DNA of 64,000 bases, taken from positions 1 through 64,000 of IMG/VR virus record IMGVR_UViG_3300033146_003955; one strand, written 5' to 3'. Both the position numbers and the translations under genes were made by a program. The stretch is from a virus. Positions 9,597-19,900 of this stretch are shown piece by piece; position 1 is the stretch's first letter; each line of letters opens with the position of its first letter. Under the pieces are notes generated by a model. That model searched no databases, was not told the origin of the DNA, and saw only the letters and a list, made by a program, of their open reading frames with translations.

Positions 9597-9930
9597 CAAC
9601 GCTGCAAGAGATAAACGATGTAAATATATATATATTCGCTTTTATTCGAAGAATAATTGTCACATCTATTTTGATGCCGGGGAGGTAAGTAGTATAACTA
9701 ATGGTGGTGGGACATTTACTTGGGCAGAGCAATGGATAATAAATATTGATACTTCCACAATTAAAGTTACTCGTGGAAGTAGATGGCCAAATGATAATGG
9801 TAATACATATTCATGGCAAAATATATATGTAGATGATGATTTGATGAAGAGAATGCTAGTTGCAATTGAAAAAAATGATAATAAAAATAGAGAATTTATA
9901 AAAAATATATTTAAGTATGATGGGAAATAG
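9593..9930 (+). pseudogene. Small gene frameshifted at an (AT)6 tract
   Basis: Removing one AT at 9624-9635 gives an intact ~111-aa ORF ending NREFIKNIFKYDGK*. Confidence 0.6.
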
Positions 9931-10236
9931 ATGAAAGTAAGGGGAACAAATTTTCCAATTTTCGGTTTCAAGGTAAGCAAAAAGAATTGGTCATGTATAG
10001 ATTTTATAGATAGATATGGAAAGGATCAATTTGTTGTTTTATTAAGAGTAGCTTATGGTTATAGCGATAAAGGCGTTTTTTATACACCGAATGGACTATC
10101 TAACATCCCAATAAGTAGGTCAACATTTACTAAATATAAAGATGTTAATACATACTTGCATAAAGATGTTCAACACTATATTGTAAGATCAATATTTAAT
10201 GATAAAAGTGAAAAGAAAATAAAGGAATTGAAATGA
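9931..10236 (+). CDS. Hypothetical protein (YIVRSIF motif)
   Basis: Operon ORF. Confidence 0.6.
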   Translation: MKVRGTNFPIFGFKVSKKNWSCIDFIDRYGKDQFVVLLRVAYGYSDKGVFYTPNGLSNIPISRSTFTKYKDVNTYLHKDVQHYIVRSIFNDKSEKKIKELK

Positions 10237-10559
10237 ACATAAATAAATATAAATTACCGAATTTCTTTATTAAAAAGTTGGAAAAATATCGTTCTCACTC
10301 ATCAGACTACATTTATGATGGTAATATATTTTATGTTGATGGCTTTGACGATACGGTTACAGTAAAATTCACTATTAGTATAAACTTCCCAGGTGAGAAG
10401 ACTTTAGCAAGAAATAGTTCAAAAGTTTATAGCAAGGAAACATTTAATAAAATATTTTATCATATAAATAGGTTAGACAATTGGAAGAAATATAGTGTAA
10501 TAGAAACAATATTTAATAAGGAATCAGCAGAAGTCTTAAGGAGTATAAATGATATTTGA
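10233..10559 (+). CDS. Hypothetical protein (SVIETIF motif)
   Basis: AAGGA SD, ATGA overlap. Confidence 0.6.
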   Translation: MNINKYKLPNFFIKKLEKYRSHSSDYIYDGNIFYVDGFDDTVTVKFTISINFPGEKTLARNSSKVYSKETFNKIFYHINRLDNWKKYSVIETIFNKESAEVLRSINDI

Positions 10560-10902
10560 TGGAGTATTAAATTCTATAAACGAAGCTACTCAAGAGACTG
10601 TAACCCTCCTAAATAAAATGGAAGAGTATTTTGATAATGGTGGATTTATGGAACTTTATCCTAAAATGAGGAAGAGAATAGATTCTGTTCGTAGAGAAAA
10701 TTATTTATATAAGAAAAAAAGTGGCAATTGGTTTGCTCTTCTTATAATATTAAAAAGTCGTCTTTATGACGAAGATAAAGAAGATGTAGTAGAAGTGATA
10801 AAAGATTTAGAAATTATAAAAGATAATAAATGCAAGGTTGAAAGAAACAATATTATTATTAAAATATTGTTAAAAGATATAATTGCAGTGAAGGGGGCAT
10901 AA
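10549..10902 (+). CDS. Hypothetical protein
   Basis: AAGGAG SD. Confidence 0.6.
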   Translation: MIFDGVLNSINEATQETVTLLNKMEEYFDNGGFMELYPKMRKRIDSVRRENYLYKKKSGNWFALLIILKSRLYDEDKEDVVEVIKDLEIIKDNKCKVERNNIIIKILLKDIIAVKGA

Positions 10903-10903
10903 A

Positions 10904-13900
10904 TTGGCACGTGTTAAAAAATGGTCTAGTGGAACAATCGGTAATGAATATCCCGACCATAGTGAAAGAGGTAATCCAAATACTAGTGGTTTGACCATAG
11001 AAGGTATTCCAGGCATTGAAGGATATATAGAAGAAGACCGTGTTATTGCTTATGAAGATAATCGTCCTTTAATTAATCTATCACAAAACGATCAAGTTCT
11101 AGAATCCAATCTTGCGTCAGTAGCATCTGAAGTAGATTATGGTGTTTTAAGGGGTGCTAACGAAGAATTTAAAGTTGAAGTATTTAACCAAAAAGGTTTT
11201 TATTCCGACCCAGATGGCGGGGATGATCTAATTGAAATAACACCTCTCAGAATTACAGCAGGACAATCAATCATTGACGGACAAGTTGTTGGTGTTGGTA
11301 ATCAAAAAATTATTTATTTTCTTAAAGATGATGGCTCTTATCTTTTTCCTAAATATGAAGATTACGAAGGTAATACAGTAATATCTGTTACAGATGATTT
11401 GTATAGGGGTGTATATAAACCAGTATATGATATTGTATCAGATGGTTTGCCAACTAATTTTGAAGATTATGAAATTAAAATTACTAATGAATATGATACA
11501 GATCCAACAAGAATACAATATTTTAAAGTTTATAGAAATTGGGAAGATATAATTCCTTTTCCGCCACAATCAAGTAATGTTGAAGGTGAAATAAATTTCA
11601 TTTATGATGAAAATTTTGGTCAAAATTCAGAAGGTCTTTGGCTTGAAGGTATATTGCCAGAAGGCGGTAGTATTGATAATGTTAAGGTCAGTGATGTAGT
11701 TGTTAAAAAAAATATTACAGTAAAAGATAAATTTCTTCCATTAGATAAGTTTATTGAAAATGGCGGAACATATGAACAATATATTATAACAGATGGTATT
11801 TTCTTCGACAATGTGCCTTGGAAAACTGAAATACAAGAAAACAAAGAAGTACAAGATCTTTATGTAACAGATAACGGAGATATATATTTTATTTATAAAT
11901 CTGATGGTACAGGTAATGATTATCTTTATTACCTTCCAAAAGGTTCAATACAAGTATCAAATAAATATTTGTCAAACACAAGTAATCAATATATCACTAA
12001 AATTATAGAAATAAATAATTTTATTTATATATTAGGTACTAATGGTTATTTTGCTACATTTGATTTAATAATTCAACCAGACGATATAAAAAAATATGAT
12101 TATTTTTCTACTATAAGTGAAAATTTTACTGATATAATACAATGGAAATATAAAATCTGGATTTCTACAGATAAAAATCTTTATATTTTAGATGGTGATA
12201 ATTCGGGAGCAGAAGACGCATTTAATCTTTGCGAAATAATTAATGTTGGGACTGAATTAGATACAATATCTAACACTACAAATCTATTAAATAAAATTAA
12301 TAAATTAAATATTGTTGAGGGTAATTTCTTTGTTGACTCATCATTAAAAAATGATATTAAAAATTATATAAAAAATCCATCATTTGAAAAAGGTGGATTA
12401 GGTCTTACTCCAACTTATTGGGACGTCGTGGGAACTGGTACTTTTGTTGTTTCTTCTTCTTTAGATGCCAAATATGGTGAATATAAAGCAGTATTGGAAA
12501 ACACTGACACACTTTTAGAGACTTTTCAAACTTTTGATATTAATTGCGAAACCGACCAAAAGTTTATTTTTTCTGTATATTTAAAATCCGTTAATGATAT
12601 TGATGTTATACTAAAAACTGAAGGGTTTGATCTTGATGGAATATTAATTAATTCTATTTATACAACAGTAACTATTACTGGTGGTGAAGATTGGACTCGA
12701 TTTAATAATATTCCGTACATAGCAGCTGAAGGTATTAAAACGGTAAAAGTTTCAATTATATTAGAATCGGTCGGAACTATTCAGGTTGATGCTGCTCAAT
12801 TTGAATTTGGTGATATATCTAATCAATTTGTAAATGGATTTGAATATCTTATGATTGGTTTTGAAAAAAATTTAAGCGATGTATCAAATCCTCCATTTGC
12901 TTTTATAGATAGCAAAAGAATAGATGCAATAAATTATCCAACTGGAATTTATGGTGAAATAAAAACAATTAATGATATTACTGCTATGGGTAACAATGAA
13001 ATATATTTTATTGATAATAATAGTATTTATTCACTTATTGTTCTCAACGATGAGGATGAATATTCTAGAATATCTATAAAAAATATATCTGATGAATACG
13101 AAGATTTAAATTTAAAAACTAAAATAGAAAAACTTAATACTATTACAACTTTTGATAATAGAATTTTCTTCGGTGGTAATATATTAAATAAAAGTATATC
13201 ATTTCATACAGAGGACTTTACAGAAAACCATGAAATAACTATATTAGACCCAACTGATTCTAGAGTTTTGGGAACAGGTGAATTAGAAATAAATGGTGTA
13301 TATTATAATATAACAAATATATTAGGAGAACCAACATATATAAAACAGCATGAAGAAGTTGCTTCTATGATTGAGTTCCCTAGAATAGAAGAAATCTATG
13401 AAATAGATGAAAACGCTATAAATACTACTGGTGTATACGTGCCAGGAGCAAATTATTTACTTGCTATACAAATTGATAATAACGAACCTATAATAATTAT
13501 TATTGAAATGCCTCCGCAAAATGAAGGCCCTATAAGTGTCCAAGAAATATACAATAAAATAATAGATGCATATACAGATTCAGTTATAGTTTTTAATATA
13601 GCCTATTCAAATAAAAAAGTTGAAGGTTTATATTCTATTGGTAAAAATAGTCTCACTCGTTATATCCGTGGTAATATAAATAAAATATTTAAGCAATTAA
13701 ATATTGATAAACAAAGTCATTATGATAAAGGTTTTTATATTATACGTGAAGATTCAATACTTCGTTCTAAATATGATACTAATGTTAAAAAAATTGGCGA
13801 TGATTATGCGACTCTTCCTACAATTGTAGGAGAAGTTGAAAATATAACTTTACTTCCTATATCGGCAAATATAAATGATGTTATACACGTTTTAGACTTT

Positions 13901-16900
13901 GGCTATTATAAGTGGGACGGTAATAGCTGGATTGATACACAATATATTTATAAATGGACTTTATATGATACAGATTATGAATTAAGAGAGTTTAAAAATA
14001 AATATAATCAACTTATAACTTTTTCTGATGATGCATTAAATAAAAACTGGGTTGATTTGTCTATTACTTCTGGTTACAAACTTACTCCGGGTTCTTTACG
14101 GGTTAAAACAAATGTTGATACTGAAATTGGTTTTTCAGAAAATGAAGATTACTTTGTAGATTATGAAAATGGGAAGATAATACGTTCAACATTAGTTAAT
14201 TATCTAAAAGACTCAAATTTTGAATTTGTGGATATATTGACAGATTGGCAAAAGTATATAAATACATCAAGTTCTGGTGAAATAAATTTAGAGAAAAGAA
14301 TTGAATCTTTTACATCTTTTGAAAACGAAGAAAATGTATTAGGTTCATATGCTTCACTTTTTATTACGTCTTCAAGTACTGACAACGGAGCAATTTATCA
14401 AATAGTAACTCCAACATCATTGAATGTAGGTGACACATATACTTTTTCAGTATCATTAAAAACCAATAAATTTAAAGAAAGTAAAATTAGAATATCAGAA
14501 TGTACTAATAGTAATACCGATGATTTTACTAATACTCTTCCAGGCTCTGAATTAGAATATAGAATATTTGATGAAGATGCTGATCCATATAATACCTGGA
14601 AACGTTACGTAATATCACATACTATAACTGATGTAACATCAACCAAATTACGTGTTGAAATACATACCGACACTGATAGTATTGAACAACTTTTTATAAA
14701 AGAAGCACAACTTGAAAGAAACCAAATTGTTACTCCATATGTTAGAACAAATATAAATTCAAGATTAGACGCTGGTGCTCCGGTTTGGGTTGATTATACA
14801 GAAACAAGAACTTTAACTGTTGGTAGTGATTATTCGTTTGATATTGAAAATAGAAAAGTTATATTATATAACGAACCACTTGAAGATACTCAACTTTATT
14901 TTGATTATAAATACGAAAAAATATTTAATCCAAAAATCTATGGTACATCAATTCCTAAATTTGAAATAACTTATGATGATAGAGATGACTATTTTCTTTA
15001 TTTGTATGAAGGCAGAATATGGGCAATAAATTTAGTATTAGCTCTTCTCTCTCAAGACGAAGATAACCCGCTTATTATTAATTATAATTATCACTATCCA
15101 CGTATTGATAAAATTAAAATAAGAAATATACCTGATATATATGGTAATTATATTTATATAGTTAAAGGTAAACAAGACAGTATAAATCCATATGGTCCTT
15201 ATGACAAAGGAACTCAACGTTTAACTCATGTTCAAGAAGTTGATAGAAATGAAATAGAAAATACGAAATCAAATGAAATGTTATATGAAATAAACGTTTT
15301 AGATAACGATTATAATAATAATGATATTTATGACAGACGTATTTTTATAGAATCTAGAGATCATAGATATTTTAATATATCTCTTTATGATCAAACTGTT
15401 GGGTATATGCCCTTCACAAAAGATTTTATGTCTACGTCAGGTATGAATCCAATCAACAAGCTTAATAATTCTAAAATTGTAGATATTATTAAAAATTTTG
15501 ATATTAAACAATTAGAAGAAATTGGTGCTTGGGGTTCTAATTATCAATTAGTTTTAAGAAATAAATTACAATATCCAGCTACAGCATTATCTATTTTTGT
15601 AGATACAGACGTTTATTCTGATGGTACTAATAAAGGATCTGATACTAATAGTGGTGTAGATAAATTTAATCCTCTTAAAACAATAAAAGAAGCAGTGAGA
15701 AGAATTAAAGAAGAAAGCGCTCCACCAAATATCATTGTAGTAAGTCAAAGTCTTATAATAGAAGATATTGAAATTAATCATATAGAAACAATAAATATAT
15801 TTGCTGAAACATACGCAAGATGGAAAGGTAATATACAAAATATAACTCCTTTAAAGATGCAAGGTTTTATATTTGAAAATCATAATTTTTATGTTGTGCA
15901 TGAATTAGATTTATATTATAATACATTTAAAAATTGTACAGTAAATAATTATATTCCAACTCATATTCATTTTTATAATTGTGAAATTGATAGTGGAAAC
16001 AATACATTTCTTTATATTAAAAATATTTTATTTCCATCACCTTTTTTACATCCTTATCAGAGGAATTTAAATGCAAACGATAACGTAGAAGGAGATCCTA
16101 TTTCTGTAGCAACAGAGGATTTAGAATCTATTTATCCTAATGTAGATTCATATAATAAATTACTTGTTGGTAACCCTTCAGGTGACTATAGATTTGAAAG
16201 ATGTTTAGTTAATGGTTTAAGAGATGATTTTGTTAGATATGATTTAACTGACGAAGAGCCATGGATTAGTAGTTTTACATTTGAAAGATCAACAATAGTA
16301 AAAAATGCAAATATATTTTATACCAATAAATCTTCTCAAAATATAATTTATAATGAGTGTATTTTGTGGGAAAATAAAGAAATACGTGGTACTGAATCTA
16401 AGATATTTGATTCACGTTCAAATATAACACTTCAAAATTGTTTTATAGATTTTAATTCAGACGAAAGTAGTGACACAATAAATTATAATTTCAATGGTGA
16501 TGTTTATGGTAGAGAAACATGTATTGACGGTTCTTTTAACATAGAGCCTGGATTTATAAGTACACAAGCAAGATTTGAAAATTATCGTCTTCGGTCTGAA
16601 GCTATGGGTTATTTAACAGACTCAATAAATATAGGTAAAGCAACAGATGGTCGTGACCTTGGTTGTTACGATGAATTAAGAGAAAGATTAGATGTTGAAG
16701 TACCTAAAAAGTTAAAATCATATTTTGCTTTCATTGATGAAGGTATTCATTACCCTATAATTCTTAATTCAGAAAAAATTACATTTACTCTTGAATTTAA
16801 ACCATCAAATTCATTTAATACTCCATCTGTATTATTTGATACTCGTTCGTCTGCTGACGATAAAGATTATATAATGGTTGTATATAACAATAATTCTGGC

Positions 16901-19900
16901 GATAAAATTACTGATATAGAGCCAGATCCTACAGCAGAAATAACAGATCCATATACATTTAAAATTATATTAGTAAATGAAGAAACTAAATATGTTGTTG
17001 TATCCCCTATTAATATGTATTCTGATGCAGATTATCAAGTATGGAATACTATATCTTTTACAGCAAATTATGAAAAAACTTTCAATGAAAAATCTACATT
17101 TGATGAAAAAGATAAGTATCAAAATATTATAACATTTTTTCATAATGAAGAATTAGCTGTAGAATCTTTTTTAAAAAATGACTTAAGTTATGATGACCAT
17201 AATACTATACTTGAAGGTTATAATAACGATAATACAAATGCTTGGAATTATAATAATATAAGTAAATTTATAACAATAAGTTCTTCATTTGATAATAAAT
17301 ATATTTTAACTGGTTATTATTCAGAATTAAGAATTGATAATAAATTTATAAATCGTAAAGAGCTTGAAGCTTGGAATAATAAAGTTGTACCGTTTAATGA
17401 TCCAATAACTTATATTGATCAGAACAATCTTGCACGGACATTTGATTCATCTATTATAAATGAACTGTGGACACTCAAAACAAAATTTGATGTTGGTGCT
17501 AAAGGCCACCATTTTAATGAACTTACTAATAAACGATTTACATATGATGAAGGTGAATTAATTTGGGTATTAACTGGACCTACTGAAAATTATCTTAATA
17601 ATGCTGATTTAAATGAATCTATATTTGCGTCAGTAGTAACTGATATACCACCAAATAACGATACAGAAGACCTTTTCCCAATTGTATTTGACCATGAAAT
17701 GATTATAAAAACTTCTGGTAATACTAATTTTGATTCAACTACTGGTATTGTTGTAGACTTTCTAGACGGTGGAACACAATTTTACTCCCATGAAGAATTA
17801 TATGTTTTTTTACAAAATGTATTAAATGATCCAGTAAATGTTGCTTCCAAAATTCAAATTGAACTATTAACCGATAAAAGATTTAGAATATCAACAAATG
17901 ATTATTCAGCGGAATCAATATCTATAGAATTTAAAAACGATGGTGACGCAGAAGAATTTGGTTTTATAACTCCTTTTACAGGTAATCCTCCAGACCCTGA
18001 TGACGATTATATAGTTACACAGGGTATAGGTTATGATGGTGTTGGGGTTTCTACCATTATTACAGGTTTTAAAAATATTAATTCTATAGTTATAACAACA
18101 GGGATTGTTGACACGTTATCTATGGAACATAATGCTTGGTTAGAATATGGAGAACAATATACTAATCTATCCCCGACATCATTAGGTATAAGCAGAATAA
18201 TAACATCTAATAATGATGATACTATTGAAGCCAACGATAATAATGAAGATAAGTATATTACTATTTTAACTCATAGAAAATCTTCATATGAAATATTAAG
18301 CTTATACGATGAGACAAGTATAGAACCTATAGAATATACTTATTCAATATACATGTATAGAAGAAGTAACGAATTTAGCCAAGATGATGTTAAAGTCGTA
18401 ATTATAGGAGATACGTTAATTGAAGGTATCATTGAACCAGATTACCAAGTAGAATATGAATTTGATACTATAGAAAATATATATGGTTACTGGTGGAAAG
18501 CCACAAAAAGAATCAGAATATTATCTGATCAGTCTCCAGACATAGGGATAATAGTTAAAGGTGAATTAAGTTTTTATATAGATGCTTTCCAATTAGAAAA
18601 AGGTACATTTGCTTCTCCTTTTGTTGTAGACAATAACTCAAATCATGGTATGCTTGAATTGGACAAAGCACTTCTTAAACCAGATAGAGGTGTTATATTT
18701 TTTAGATTTAAACCACTTTTTGACTATTATACCACAGAAAAAAAGGTATTGTTAGAAATGCTCTCTTCGGAAGAAGTGAACGGTGTAGATGTTATAGATA
18801 AAACAAAAGGATTTAGAATTTGGTATAAATATAATGAAGAAATACAAAAAGGAACTATACAATTTAGAACTGTAAAAATAGAAGACGACGGAGATTTACC
18901 TGATGATGCTGCCTGGGAAGTTGTTGTATTAGAACAATTTTTCACTAATTGGCATACTATTATATTATCATATGATTTTAATACTAAAAGATTTTTATAC
19001 TTTTTTGATTATTTTAAAAATGCGGTAGATACTGGTGTAAATCAATATGAATTTTTTACAAATTTAAATATTGGTAGTGATATAAGAGGTTACGAAACTA
19101 ATGGTGCTACGATACCTGAATTTTCAGCTTCAGCAGATATTATGGTGAAAGACGTATTAATAACTAACTATACAACATCTGATCAAGAATTAAAAAATTG
19201 GATTAATGCTCATGAATTTTATAAAGAAACGTTATTTAATAATTTACTTGATTCCTACCAACATGATATGCTCGATGTTATCAAAAGCATAGAAAATATT
19301 TCAGTTAATACTTATGACATAGAACAAAATATAAATCTTTTAAATTCTAGAATAACTTCACTAGACAGTATAGTTGATTCTGCTACAGATATTCAACTCT
19401 TAAAAGTTAGGCAAGATGAGTTAAGAGATGAAGTGTTTGGGTCGACATCAAGTATATTAACAAATATAACAGATTTAGATACAGCGAGAGCCGCACATAA
19501 TATTAGAATAAGTACAAATAGTGATAGTATAGCTGCTAATAATATTTTAATAATTGAAAATACAAATCTTATTGCGCAAGAAGTATCTGATAGAATAAAT
19601 TTAATAAATGATCTTATTGTTAAATTAGCATCAACCAATTTAGGTGATGGTGCCTCAACAATTGGTGTACATGATCCAAATAATAAATTTACTTCCACTG
19701 ATGTCGAGGCGGTATTGTTAGAGATAGAGGATCGTGTTTCTACTAATGAAAACGGTATAGCAAACATCAATAATGGTGTATTAGGTCTTCAAACGGAAAT
19801 CAATCAGATGCAGGAAGGTGATGGTTCTACTTATGAGTGGACTGCCGCTAAAGCAATAAATAATGGTTGGAATATTGGTTCTATAAGAACTGATATTAAT

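Noticed and set aside
9666-9980. Minus-strand 104-aa ORF filling the gap
   Set aside because: Better explained as the shadow of the frameshifted plus-strand gene 9593..9930
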